Part shown: positions 1 to 11,699 of the stretch, in pieces
How the letters are laid out: each line of letters begins with the position of its first letter
Numbering within the stretch: position 1 is the stretch's first letter
Source of the DNA: Eledone cirrhosa
Lineage: Eukaryota
NCBI GenBank assembly: GCA_964016885.1
Contig: OZ024743.1
Location: 181,660,001-181,724,000, forward strand
Direction of reading: 5' to 3'
DNA length: 64,000 bases
Position numbers and translations under genes: made by a program
Notes under the pieces: generated by a model
Told to the model about the DNA's origin: nothing
Seen by the model: the letters and a program-made list of their open reading frames with translations, nothing else
Database searches by the model: none

Positions 1-262
1 CCCCCTCTATATATCTACTACACGGAACTCTCTTCAAATTCATATCTCTATATCAATAAACATCAATCTCTCGCTCTCTCTATATCTAATAAGCAACACA
101 CTCTCCCAACCTTCCTCTTTATATCAATTACCAACAAACTCTCCCCCTCTCTATATTTATATCTCCCCCATCTCTCTCTATATAGCATGTACATAAATTG
201 TAGCTCATATACAAATAGATGTTTTGGTAGTTTGGGGAGAAATATACGATTAGTGGGGGGGG
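1..262. repeat. CT-rich dispersed repeat (internal minisatellite of a MITE-like family)
   Basis: Units such as ccccctctctatatcta and the end gtacataaattgtagc..caaatagat..ggggagaaa recur at 22830-22920, 23520-23822 and 28985-29235. Confidence 0.7.
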
Positions 263-324
263 GCAGAGTTAGAGTACATTACGTATTGACTAGCCTATTT
301 CCCTTCGTAAATTCAAACGTTCTC

Positions 325-362
<38 letters not shown>

Positions 363-449
363 CTCTGTGTGTGTGTGTGAGGATGATTCATTAATTATCT
401 GCAATGCATTGAGAATTGTTTTCCTGTTTGCAGATTCCTCAAACACTCC

Positions 450-900
450 TTCCAACTGGTTCTGTCAGAAGTCCGCCATTTGCGCGTTAGATTTACAAGC
501 CGAATGTTGGGTTGGTCAAACAACTGGAACACTCATCGTCGAATCCGACGAAGTTCCAATAACAATAATGGCTGCTTTACTCTTTACTCTTATCAGGATT
601 TCTTCATTTGTACTCCGGCCTCGCCAGGTGACCTTCATAATCTTTCGATGCTACCTTTGATGGAATGCACTCAACTTTCTGTCGATTTTTGCCATGCTCT
701 TCCAAGTGTTGTTGGCAGAGATCGCTATAGGGTGATCGATGCTGTTGTATTGGTGTAATCTGAACTTTGTATCGATAGTTCAGGCTAAGCAGATAAAATA
801 TATTCACTGAAACATTATCATCATCTTTCCGATTCTGCTGCTGACGCCCACACTGACATTTCTCCGAATATTGGAATTTTGGGTGTTAAAGTACTTCCAA
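450..900 (-). pseudogene. Degenerate RTE-clade LINE fragment (post-RT region)
   Basis: Minus-strand hand translation gives TWKSMAKIDRKLSAFHQR*HRKIMKVTWRGRSTNEEIL, resembling the RTE motif TW..L..FH.RCLR.I..V.W.D...N.E.L. Confidence 0.6.
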
Positions 901-1139
901 ATAACCCTTCAACCTATCGCCTGTTTGTTTTACTCAAATATGTCTTAAATTGCTGTCTATTTGCTACAGAAAGATGTGTGTTCGTTGATGAGCTCTTAGT
1001 GAAAAGCCTGTTTATCTGAGGTATGAAAAAGCTTGAGTGAAAACAGACCCAAGGTGTTGAAATGTATAAGGACTACGCTCTATATATACAAATACAAATT
1101 TTTCATATACTTCGGATATATATTGTTATACTTTAGGGA

Positions 1140-1420
1140 GGTCGTGTTTCATGGAGGGTCGTGGGGGAAGGATCCTTAAACACTCCTTACAGCGGGCCCT
1201 GTCAAAAGCAACCGTCTCCAATTGATCCGGCTGGGATCCACAAGAGAGACCAGCCAAGCCCATGGATGTTATACAACCATCTTGTTTCGGGTCTACTCCT
1301 GGGTCTCCTGCCAGTTGATTTTTGCCCGTAAAATCTGTCCTGCGATTCTTTCCTAAGACATTCTAACCACATGCCCATAGTATCGGTGTTGTGATCTCTC
1401 AAATTTGTTTTATTTGTTCA
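1140..1420 (-). mobile_element. RTE-like LINE 3' fragment (family with GAA tail)
   Basis: GRRPRSRPETRWLYNIHGLGWS in ORF 1202..1402; homologous to 6805-7040, 7625-7770, 29312-29530 and 42270-42620. Confidence 0.75.
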
Positions 1421-1821
1421 CGAGTGTTTAAATCAGTTATGGACAACCTGCTGTCCGCGAAGCTTTCTGAATGGCTCGCCTAAGTGACTTAGGTGAGCCA
1501 TTCAACTTTTCAATAGTAATTTATCTTTTTATCATTTTTACGATCGAGGAAAATAACGTGTACGAATTCTAAGGAAACAAATCAAAACAACCTGAATTAC
1601 CGCCCTTTTTAATGTGGGCACGAAGGTAATTTAGCGTTTGCGGCCCGCCTGATGATGAGCCATATCTCATATTATTAGTCAGGTCACTAATCCAATAAGT
1701 GAGATCAAACGAAATCAAAACGAAGAAACACAGAACTTCATGAGTCATTGAGAAGGTCACAGGGTGTGACGACTAACCGAGGAATGGATTACTTATCTGA
1801 TTAATAATAAAACCAAAGTGA

Positions 1822-2455
1822 AAGTGTGAGTGTGTGTGTGTGAGAGAGAGAGAGCGTATGTGTGGGAGTGTGCGTAAGTGTGTGTGTTTGAGTGTATGTA
1901 TGTGTGTTTGTGTGTCTGTGCGTGTGTGTGAGTGTGTGATTGTGAAATTCCACGTGTGTCTGTGTGTGTGTGTGTCTGTGATGGTAAAACATAATACACC
2001 AGTCCTCAAACATATCTTAAACTTCTGAAGTGTGTGTGTGTGTGTGTTGTGATAGTAAAACCAGTCCTCAAACATGTCTTACAAGTTCAAATACATGTGT
2101 ATGTGTGTACGTGTGTGAGTATGATTGTGTATCTGTATGTGACTATGTATTTGTGTGTGTACATGAGTGGCATTGTGTGTATGTGGTTGTTTATGTATTT
2201 GTGTATGTATTTCTGTGTGTGTACGTATGGTATGTGTATGTATATTTGTGTGTATGTCTATATATGTTAACGCGCGTGTGTGTGCACGTATGTGTGTGTA
2301 TATGCATGTTTGTTTGTGTGTATGTGTGCGTGTTGGCGCGCGTGCGTGTCTGCACGTATGTGTGTGTATATGCATGTGTATTTGTGTGTGTGTATATATA
2401 TATATATGTGCGTGTTTGCGCGATTTTGTGTGTATCTGTGTTTATATGTTTGTAC
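1822..2455. repeat. Degenerate (TG)n/(TGTA)n microsatellite tract
   Basis: Direct inspection; includes a short duplicated motif taaaaccagtcctcaaacat. Confidence 0.9.
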
Positions 2456-3129
2456 TAGACGTTATATGGGGGGAAAAAAACATTTTTATATTAATTTTGT
2501 TAGTTTTGACCTAGAACATTCTTTAGTGAAATTCCATTATTTTATATAATTAGGCTAGGAGTGTTATTAGACTTCAGGAAAAATAAACTAACCTCGTCTC
2601 AACTATTTCTTTGTTATTATTTTACTTTTTTTATCCTCCCTTCTTCTTCTTGCTGCTGTTGTCATAACATTACATTTGTATTTGTTATTGTTGTTTTTTT
2701 CCTTTGTTTGTTGTTGTTGTTATTTTTCCATTTGTAATTGCGTTGGTGGGTTAACGTGTAATGTTTTTAGATGTGGGTCAACGAGTGCACTGATGAAACC
2801 GATGATAAATATTATTGTTAGTTCATTAGTGTTGGTATTGTCGTAATCGTGGTAGGTTTTAATGCTGTCGTTGTTGGTATTTTTTGGATAAGAGGATGGA
2901 CGTGAGATGACTGAATGTTTAGGAAGTTGGGGTTTTGTCTCACTGCGTGCTGACATCTTCAGCAAGTATCTTCATTCGCCAGCATGGCCAAATGGTAAAT
3001 AAGTTTGTTTCGCAATCATTAAACCCTGGGTTCAATCATAGTCCGTAGCATCTTGCTTGCAATCTCTAACAAATAAAGAAAACGGGGGATAAAAACATAT
3101 CACAGCCGTGTTATAATAATTTTTTTATA

Positions 3130-3590
3130 GACACAAAAGTTTGAGGTTCTATCGAACCTATTATATAACTGGTAATTTGTTCTAGTAACTCCAGTTGATG
3201 GAAAGACACAGTTGATCTCGGTGGTAAGATTTGAACTCAGAACGTAAAAAGCTGAAGCAAATACCACAAGGTATATTCTGGTGCTCTAACAAATTTGCTT
3301 CATATCGTTCTATGAAACGGATCTCCATCAGTTTCGACGATGAGTGATCCAGTTATCTAAATCAACGGAACTGCTTGCTCATGAAATTAACGTGTACGTG
3401 ACTGGGCATTCTACCTACACACATGTACAATTAACGTGTTTTTCAGGGAGATTCAGAGTAATAAAGTATGTGACAGTTCATCTGACAGGCTTCCAAACAA
3501 TTTCTGTCTACCCAATTTCACTTACAAGGCATGAGCTATGGTGGATGATACTTTCCCAAGATGCCACGCAGTGGAATCGAACCCAATACC
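3130..3590 (-). mobile_element. Degenerate SINE remnants (several families)
   Basis: gatttgaactcagaacgtaa (B-box side), cagggagattcag and gatacttgcccaag-like segments shared with intact SINE copies elsewhere in the window. Confidence 0.6.
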
Positions 3591-3745
3591 AAATCAGTGC
3601 AAAATTGACCAACTAAGAACACTCATCTTCGCAATTAATGGAGATCCATCACTATAAGTTGAACCGAACGAACTACATGAAATTGAAATATAACAGAATT
3701 AAACTATAAGTGTGTAAATTTTCTCAAACATGCAAAGAAAATATT

Positions 3746-3838
3746 AGTCTCCAGTCAGAATTGAACTCATGGTCTCTGGTTTAGAAGACCCGTAAGCTGG
3801 ATGGTACGCTCATCTTAGTCATTTAGCCATGCCGGAGA
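3746..3838 (-). pseudogene. tRNA-like remnant (Arg-TCT-like loop), probably a pseudo-tRNA or SINE head
   Basis: Minus strand TCTCCGG...CTGGAGA acceptor-like pairing, TGGCTAAATG A-box-like, cttctaa loop and GAGTTCAATTC B-box, but with an ~20 nt extra segment. Confidence 0.35.
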
Positions 3839-4329
3839 ATGAAGTTTTTGTCGATTGTTACTCTCGTGAAAATCTTTATCCTACTACAATTAGTTCTACT
3901 TCTATCTCTGTCACACAATTGGTAAAGACACGAGAATAAGGATTGGTAGTTAGGTATGGCTTAACCAATATTTATTTGTGAACATGCATAAGTGAATGTC
4001 ATATGACAAAGAAAGGTAATTGACAAGTTCAGCACGAACACCAAATCTTTAACGTTACGCTCTAATTCCAACAGGAGTCAGATTAATTTTCTAAGCCTGT
4101 TGTATAAGAGATATTTCTGGAACCATGATGGACCTGCACCGCTTTCGATGATGAGTATTTCAGTTGTTCGATAATCCATACAGCTTTTTCCTTAAACTAA
4201 CGTGAAAGTGACTGACCATTCTACTACACACACGCACGCACGCACTGAATGTAATTCTCAGGGAAATTCTGCCTTGTCACAGTGTGTGACAAGGCTCTCC
4301 CTTTGAATTACAGGTACAGTCCATCCGAG

Positions 4330-4740
4330 GGGCTTCCAAACAGGGTGGACCCAAAGCTATGGGAAATGACAGCTCACGGTAATGGGATTAACGTGTGTAA
4401 GGTGTGCACTCTCAAGTAGGCGGAGATCCAGGCACTCAGTCAGTTTTGGCAAGCCACACTGGTAAGCTGCTGGTCACAGCCCCCAATGGTGGATGGCTGC
4501 ATTGAATCGGCTGACACCTGTGAGTAGCCAACTCTGAGGTTAACGTCAGATGTTTCGCAGTTTTACAGTGTGACGTGACAGAGGTCGGCGTGACATCAAG
4601 CGTTGTTGGTTTGGTAGCTGAGAATCCCCAGTCATGTCATGGAGCGGATGGGTTGAGTCTATTGAGGCCTTGGTTATCTCTTGATATAGTTAGTTTAGTG
4701 GAAGTCTGACTAAGGTTTTAATTGAGGAAGAGGTAGAACG
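4330..4740 (-). pseudogene. Vingi/ingi-clade LINE C-terminal fragment
   Basis: Hand translation: STHPLHDM..QQRLMSRRPL..LLTGVSRFNAAIHHWGL*PAAYQCG, matching the HPLH/RL.SR.P/TGVGRF/WG..C.CG pattern recalled for Vingi C-termini; contains stops. Confidence 0.55.
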
Positions 4741-4859
4741 GTCTTTTATTTTAATGTGTGTAATATAGGTAAAATATATGTTTGTTGAATAGGGTCTAAT
4801 ATATTGTCTACATGATTTTTTTTGTATTTTTCTGCGCTGTTAACTTTTCAGTTATGAGC

Positions 4860-5190
4860 ATGGTAAGGTATAATCACGTAACTCCTGATACAGTCGTAGG
4901 GGCGCCATATTGACATGGGTGTTTCTTGGACATTTTAAAACTTGGTGGAGTTCATTGTTCTCCAGGTTCGAACACATTAGATTTCTTATAGAGAAGGGTA
5001 GAAAGTGAGAGCGGGGAAGTGAAGAATTGACACCTGTACTGTACTGGCACAATTTTTTATTTGCAACGAAAGGATGAAAGACAAAGTTGACCTCGGCTGG
5101 ATTTGAACTCAGGGAGCAGAAATCTGGAATGAATACCGCTAAATATTCTATCCGACGGTATAATGGCACCGCCAATTCGTCGCCTTGTAT
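4860..5190 (-). mobile_element. tRNA-derived SINE with a family-specific ~170 bp 3' extension
   Basis: SINE head/core at 5030-5190 plus extension (ctggagaac..atgtcaat..gcccctacgac), also seen at 31500-31810 and 43215-43520. Confidence 0.6.
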
Positions 5191-5354
5191 GGGCATGATA
5201 TATTGTTATTTGGATAAAGATGATTAATTAATTGTTAACCACGATATCTGTAGTTAAATAATTGTATTTCGTGTGGTCGGCCGCGATAAGTTTGCATTTG
5301 TTGTATTCACTTACGTTCATTGTTGGCCTTATGCCTAAATAAGAAGCTATTATT

Positions 5355-6675
5355 AGATGGGACGCCATGATTTGACGCATAGAGTTACGGCCCTTGCCAT
5401 TCTGAGTTCAAATCACGCTGAAGTTAGCTTTGCCTTTCATCCTTACGGGGTCGATAAAATAAAATACCGGTAATACACTGAAGTCTATTTAATCGATTTT
5501 ATTCCCTTCCCTTCAAATAGCTGGCCTTGAGCCAAAAGTAGCAACAATCATTTCAGTAATAAGAGTGGTAGATTAGCAGAATCGGTAGAGTGTCGGACAT
5601 GTTTTGCGGCATATTGTTCCGGTACTTGACATTCTGAGTTCAAATCAAGCAAGGGTTAACTTTGTTTTAAAATAAAGTACCAGTTGCGTACTGGAGTCGA
5701 TGTAATAGTCTTTCTTCTCCCCTCCTCGTGCCTAAATTACAACTAATTATAGTAGTAGTTCAGCAGTAGTAGTAGTAGCGGCGGTGGTAGTAGAAGTAGT
5801 GTTAGTGGTGGTGTTCTTGGCACAAATTCTTCATAACCAGCCAGTAGTTTCTGTCCCACGCGTGTGCATACACATGGATACACACACAGATATACCCCCA
5901 CACACGTACGCCCACCCACACATTCTCACAAACTCCTTCATATATTTTACACATATTCTACATACATTATTCTGCACACATTATTTTATACACATTATAC
6001 AAGGGCGGTGGATTGGCAGTATCGGTAGAGGGTCGGGAGCCATGCTTTGAAGCTTAGTTACCTCCCTTTATGATCTGAGTTCAAATCCCGCCGAGGTTAA
6101 CTTTGCCTTTCATCCTTAAGGGGTCGATAAAATAAAGTACCAGTAATGTACTGGGTATTAGATGGGTATTAGCTGGCCTTGTGCCAAAAGTAGAAACAAT
6201 TATTTCTATAACAAACATCACCCCATTGTATGAGTGGATAGATTAGTTCCACTCAACCTTGACCAACGTCTAAAATCTAATCTCCATATATTATCAGTAA
6301 CACCATATAGTAGTGGGCGGTGAATAGTGGTGGTCGTGGTGACAGCACTACTGTTGCTGTTGTTGTTGTTGTTGTTGTTGTGGGTGTTTGTACTGGGAGA
6401 AGCCAGGATGGTGTTGGTGAGGCATAGATTCATTCATTGCTTTACGATGGCATAAAATCTCAACCTTGATATTGTTTTTTATATAATTCTAGTTTAACTC
6501 TCATCCGGACATTGTATCTCTTCAAATATTATTAAAGAGTTACAGCCCTTGCCATTCTGAGTTCAAATCCCGTCGAGGTTAACTTAGCCTTTCATCCTTA
6601 CAGGGTCGATAAAATAAGGTACCAGTAATGTACTGGAATAATTGCTGGCCCTGTGTCAATAGTAGAAACAATTAT
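5355..6675 (+). mobile_element. Cluster of four tRNA-derived SINE copies (5355-5550, 5563-5745, 6003-6205, 6535-6675)
   Basis: A-box-like tggcagtatcgg, B-box gagttcaaatc, core aactttgcctttcatccttacggggtcgataaaataaagtaccag, tail gccttgtgccaaaagtagaaacaattat. Confidence 0.85.
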
Positions 6676-6721
6676 CAAATGTCTACTTGAAAAACATGTC
6701 GTTTGAGAGTTAGTTCTTTTC

Positions 6722-6803
6722 TTATTTTTATTTTTATTTTTATTTTTATTTTTATTTTTATTTTTATTTTTATTTTTATTTTTATTTTTATTTTTATTTT
6801 TAT
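6722..6803. repeat. (TTTTTA)n microsatellite
   Basis: Direct inspection; abuts the 3' end of an RTE fragment. Confidence 0.95.
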
Positions 6804-6804
6804 T

Positions 6805-7040
6805 CTTTCTGAGAAGGCCGTGTAGAGACCTCAACACTCCTTACAGTGGGTCCTGTTAGAAGCAACTGTCTCAAATTGATCCGGTTGAATCCTCATGTAA
6901 GACCAGCCAAGTTCATGGATGTTATCCAACCATCTTGCTTGGAGTCTACCCCTGGGTCTCCTACTTAAGTTTTGCCCATAAAATCTGTCCAGCGATTCTT
7001 TTCCTGAGACATTCTATCCCCATGTCTGTAGTACCGAAGC
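6805..7040 (-). mobile_element. RTE-like LINE 3' fragment
   Basis: Homologous to 42330-42560 (gaccagccaagttcatggatgttatccaaccatcttgc). Confidence 0.75.
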
Positions 7041-7624
7041 TATGATAGTTGAACGTTATTTTAACAGATCTCGCGACCATGTAGAAACACTGCTGTTAGG
7101 TCACCCACAAAATCGTACGGACAAAGGCTGGACGCCGCATGGCCAGGCCGTACGGACAAGGTGTTGACAACGTATGGCCAAATGATTAAGAAGTTTGTTG
7201 GCAATAATGAAGTCCCTTGTTCGATCCTACCGTGGGACATCTTGGACAAATGTCATTTACTATAGGCTCAGGTCAATCCATGTCTTGTAAGTGATACTGG
7301 GTAGACGGAAACTGTTGATGGAAGCTTTTTAGGTGGATAATACACGTAATTCAAAGAGACGGTTTTGTTACATACTGGATATTTTTCCCTTCTTCAGTGA
7401 ACACATTATTTATTAAAAGTTGTTCTGAGTATCCATACACGCCCTTGTTACTCTCACCTCATCCGCCATTGATCAACGTAGGCGGCTATGTATTTTGTTT
7501 TCTTTAAGATTTATTTTAAACTCTTTTTCGAAGAATTGAAGTGTGTCTCTGAGTATGTATGTGTGTATTTATGTGTGTATATATTTATATATGTATGTAT
7601 ATGTGTATTTATATATGTATATAT

Positions 7625-7770
7625 TTATGAGCTTGGCTGGTCTTGCTTGGGGATTCAACCTGATCAGTTGGAGACGGTTGCTTCTGACAGGACCTGCTGG
7701 AAGGAGTGTTTGAGGACGCTGCACCCACGACTCTCTCAGGAATAAGTAGGCGAAGAAGAAAAGAAAAAAC
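7625..7770 (+). mobile_element. RTE-like LINE 3' end
   Basis: ELGWSCLGIQPDQLETVASDRTCWKECLRTLHPRLSQE* followed by gaagaagaa. Confidence 0.75.
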
Positions 7771-8119
7771 TATGTATGTATGTATGTATTTATATATGTA
7801 TGTATCTATGCATACACAAACGTACTTTCTTCTATATTTAGTTTAAGTTTATTCCCTTGAACTTGACGAGTTATATAATTTGATATTTAGACAACAATAA
7901 CTTTAGTCATGTATTGAAATTCGGGAAAGTTTTTCTTTTTTTATTTCACTACTTGTATTAATAGATTCAATTTATTAAATCCGGGTGAACAAACCTCTCG
8001 TAAATTACTAATCATTCAATAGGTTGCAATTGCTAGTAGAAGAAAGGCTTACAGCGAAACATTTCTTCAATTTATTGTAATATAAACCCACGTATATGTG
8101 TGTGTGTGTGCGTGTATCC

Positions 8120-8390
8120 CGGGTTCAATCGGAAGTAACCATAGTAAGTAGGGTACTCAATACATAGTAGAGATATACAATATTTAATATAGAAATGGCT
8201 TCTACAGGACTAGAACTCTCTCATTCGAAGAAATCATCAGGAAAGCCAATGACGACCACCCATCCTAATCACCACCTTCCCCTATCACCAGAAAACGTAT
8301 AAATACCACCATGGTGGCTTTCCTGATGATTTCCTTCGAATGAAACAGTTCTAGTCCTGTAGAAGCCATTTCTATATAAAATTTCATTTG
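8120..8390. mobile_element. Fold-back PLE-terminus mini-element, family B
   Basis: Inverted arms ~8188-8248 and 8315-8377, flanked by (TG)n and (TA)n; homologous to 62575-62645. Confidence 0.7.
8315..8368 (+). ncRNA. Type I hammerhead ribozyme motif
   Basis: tggctttc-CTGATGA-t(ttc cttc gaa)t-GAAAcag ttctagtc ctGTA-gaagcca; stems I, II and III can all form. Confidence 0.75.
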
Positions 8391-8420
8391 TATATATATA
8401 TATATATATATACACATATA

Positions 8421-8562
8421 TAGAAGTGGTTACACAAGTTAGTTCACCATACCGAGAACACTTGTTCTGGTGAACTAACTTTTGTATAACCACTTCTACC
8501 TAACTCGTCCCATGGACTGAGTGCTCTACCACTACGGATATTACCTTCCAGTGTTCTACCAC
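8421..8562. mobile_element. Fold-back mini-element, family E
   Basis: tagaagtggttacacaagttagttcacca / tggtgaactaacttttgtataaccacttcta inverted pair plus tail; tail homologous to the reverse complement of 29545-29602; (TA)n on both sides. Confidence 0.6.
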
Positions 8563-8577
8563 TATATATATATATAT

Positions 8578-8758
8578 AGTTTCTACTTTTGGCACAAGGC
8601 CAGCAATTACCCAGTGTATTACTGGTACTTAATTTTATCGACCCCTTAAGGATGAAATGCAAAGTTAACCTCGGCGGGATTTGAACTCAGAATGGCAAGG
8701 GCCGTAACTCTATGCGTCAAAGCATGGCGTCCGACCCTCTACCGATACTGCCAATCCA
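8578..8758 (-). mobile_element. tRNA-derived SINE
   Basis: Near-complete reverse complement of the copy at 22158-22348. Confidence 0.9.
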
Positions 8759-8773
8759 ATATATATATATATA

Positions 8774-9655
8774 CGAGGTGTGTCAGAAAGGTTCCAGGAC
8801 TAATGTCACAAAAGATTTATTTCAAACCCAAACTTCACACTAAGAGTTTTCTCCTTCAAAGTAATCCCTCTGGAGTATGTAACTGTAATCTTGGCTCTGC
8901 AGCGATCAAACTTTTTTCTTCATAATTTTATATACATGTCCTCTGTTTCAGGTCGTCAAGCAATGAGCACAGAGCAACGAACAAACTTGAAGTTTCTGGT
9001 CCGGTTGGGGAAAACTCCGTCAGAAGCACTGGGATTGCTGCAGCAAGTGTATGGAGATGAGACGATGTCACGCTCACGTGTTTTTGAGTGGTGCAAGATG
9101 ACCCCAGGAGCCGAAGGCCCTCAAACCAGGACTGGGGTCAACGTTGAGCGCGTCATGTAGATGGTGCGTAGCGATCGTCGGCTGACTGTTCAACTGATGG
9201 CAAATGAGCTGGGCATGAATCGGGACAGCATCTGGAAGATTCTCACTAAAAGATTGGACATGCGGAAAGTCTGCACGAAGATGGTGCCAAAACTGCTGAA
9301 CGATGACCAGAAGGGTCGACGCATGCAAGTGTGCAAGGACATCCTCGAGCGTCTTGAAACCGAACCAGACTTGCTAGGGACAGTCATCACCGGTGATGAG
9401 TCATGGATCTTCGAGTACGACCCGGAGGGGACCCGTTTTGAAGACGTGGACGACATCAAAAAAGCCGTGACGACGGAACTGCGGACGATCCCGGAAGAAT
9501 CCTTCCAGGAGTGCATGCAAGCGTGGCAGAAAAGGATGGAAAAGTGCAATAGACTCCAGGGGGATTACTTTGAAGGAGAAAACTCTTAGTGTGAAGTTTG
9601 GGTTTGAAATAAATCTTTTGTGACATCAGTCCTGGAACTTTTCTGACACACCTGG
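8774..9655 (+). mobile_element. Internally deleted mariner (Tc1/mariner) transposon
   Basis: TA on both sides; ~103 bp TIRs (8774-8876 / 9553-9655); transposase remnants MSTEQRTNLKFLVRLGKT (HTH), MVPKLL, ITGDESWIFEYDPE, QGDYFEG; catalytic middle missing. Confidence 0.92.
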
Positions 9656-9681
9656 TATATATACATATATATATATATATA

Positions 9682-9723
<42 letters not shown>

Positions 9724-9735
9724 ATGTATATATAT

Positions 9736-9797
<62 letters not shown>

Positions 9798-9800
<3 letters not shown>

Positions 9801-10039
9801 AAAAGGTTCAGGACCCCGACGGCAGAGCTCAAGCCGTTTCGACGGCTATTTCAGAACTCCAGAAATAGTCCCGAGATAACCGTCTGGACTCCAGAAATGA
9901 GTCCAGAAATAGCCGTCGAAACGGGTTGAGCTCTGCCGTCGGGATCCTGAACCTTTTCCTATTACCCACTCTACTACCCAAAGTATCGAGTACTCTGGTG
10001 CGTTATGGTCCACCTGGTTCCTTACCACACTTCCTTCAT

Positions 10040-10040
<1 letters not shown>
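9798..10040. mobile_element. Fold-back mini-element, family A copy 1
   Basis: Inverted arms within 9798-9960 plus ~80 bp tail; (TA)n on both sides; HHR 3' half GAAACGG..GCCGTC. Confidence 0.8.
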
Positions 10041-10077
<37 letters not shown>

Positions 10078-10369
10078 CTTTTATTGCAATGGTCTGAAAT
10101 AATTTCTGTTTAGAACATCTGTTCCCCAGTTTACTGAGATGATGTGGAATAAAGAGAAACGTTTATGGCAGATACGGACAGACCAACTAAATCAGAGGTC
10201 AGGTTTATTTTAGCACTGATTCAAGAAGAGATAGCAACTATTAATAATAACAGTAAGAAGAACAATAACAATAATAACAGCAGCAGTATTGAAGGCATTT
10301 ACTGAAGAAATAGACCGAACTAAATAAACACTTGCTTCTCACTTTCAAGAAATTATCATATATATACAT

Positions 10370-10622
10370 ATTGTGCGTTAAGTATTTCCGGAGAAAAGGT
10401 AAATGAATAAAAAATGCTCTATGTATTGTACAGAGCTATTTAATTACATAATACACAACACAATGTAATTATTTCAATACCGAAGGTTTCAAGAAACTAG
10501 ATGATTCTTGCAAGAAACATCCAGTACAATCGTCAGACAAAATAATTTATTGCAAGAATCATCTAGTTTCTTGATACCTTCAGTAATTAAATAATTATAT
10601 TGTGTTGTTTATTATGTAATTA
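10370..10622. mobile_element. Fold-back mini-element, family C, with HHR motif on the minus strand (10468-10547)
   Basis: Arms ~10442-10517 / 10549-10621; minus strand CTGACGA..actggatg ttcttgcaagaa catctagt..GAAAC CTTCG GTA; homologue at 58312-58508. Confidence 0.7.
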
Positions 10623-10656
<34 letters not shown>

Positions 10657-11040
10657 TTCCCCGTTCTTTGCCAGGGAACGTTTCCACGAACCAAAGTATC
10701 GTCTTCCTGTCTTCCTCCGGTTGCAACGTTTTTTGAAATATTCACTTCTGCGTTCACAAATTGACTTTGCTAGTTTCAGAAGATCCCGTTAAGGGTGAAA
10801 GCAGCGATTCTTTGCTTAAACTTTAAATATGTTATTTTAATAAATATTTGCTCTACGGTTCTTATATATTTGATATATATTTATCCTTATCGAGCCCTCT
10901 TTGGATTTTAGTCTTCAAATTTATTATTATTACTATATATATATATATAAGCAAAAGGGATATTCAATTTATTGGTAATTCAACAAATATAAATGTTTAT
11001 AACTTATTCAAAGCACTCGACAAGTTTTCTGGATTATAAT

Positions 11041-11111
11041 ATTCAATGATATTAAATAAATGGAAACTATAAATATGGTTTTATAAATATAGTTTCCATT
11101 TATTTAATATC

Positions 11112-11120
<9 letters not shown>
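11041..11120. repeat. AT-rich inverted repeat next to (TA)n
   Basis: attcaatgatattaaataaatggaaactata / tatagtttccatttatttaatatcattgaat. Confidence 0.85.
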
Positions 11121-11151
<31 letters not shown>

Positions 11152-11323
11152 AAGTATTGAAGTTTCCGTTGAAAATTGAAAAAGTCATAGGAATGAAGAG
11201 TGCGCTATGTAAGTTACAGAGCTAAATTTAATGTAATATTATATATTATTATATATTATATATTGTATGGTATGGTATGGTATGGTATGTTTTGTTTTTG
11301 TGTTGTGTTGTGTTGTGTTGTGT

Positions 11324-11519
11324 AGGAACAAGTAAGACCCCGACGGCTGAGTTCAAGCCGTTTCGACGGCTAATTCTGAACTAGTCCAGAATTAGCCGTC
11401 GAAACGGCTTGAGCTCAGCCGTCGGGGTCTTACTTGTTCCTATTACCCACTCTACTACCCTAAGTATTGAGTACTTTGGTGCGTTATGGTCCACCTGGTT
11501 CCTTACCACATTTCCTTCG

Positions 11520-11521
<2 letters not shown>
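11324..11521. mobile_element. Fold-back mini-element, family A copy 2
   Basis: Arms 11324-11441 plus tail tattacccactctactaccc...ccttaccaca. Confidence 0.8.
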
Positions 11522-11559
<38 letters not shown>

Positions 11560-11699
11560 GTTGATAAACTCGCACTGATTGCTTCCAGGTAGAACCTGTG
11601 GTGGATTTAAAAGATTCATGGTGATGCTACCTGGAGCAACATGTGGTGGGCTTCAAATATCTTTCTCTATATGTATATATATATATGTGTGTGTGTGTG

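Noticed and set aside
187-660. 157-aa plus-strand ORF
   Set aside because: Spans a repeat, a microsatellite and the antisense strand of an RTE fragment
985-1060. TTGATGAGCTC...GAGTGAAA HHR-like motif (similar weak cases at 7355-7400 and 10777-10810)
   Set aside because: Core mutated and stems I/III unconvincing; not enough support
3746-3838. Functional tRNA-Arg gene
   Set aside because: Extra segment in the D-arm region and poor stems; kept only as a low-confidence remnant
6598-6837. (KN)n ORF; likewise the poly-E ORF 42147..42617 and Lys-rich ORF 43016..43246
   Set aside because: Simple repeats or LINE tails
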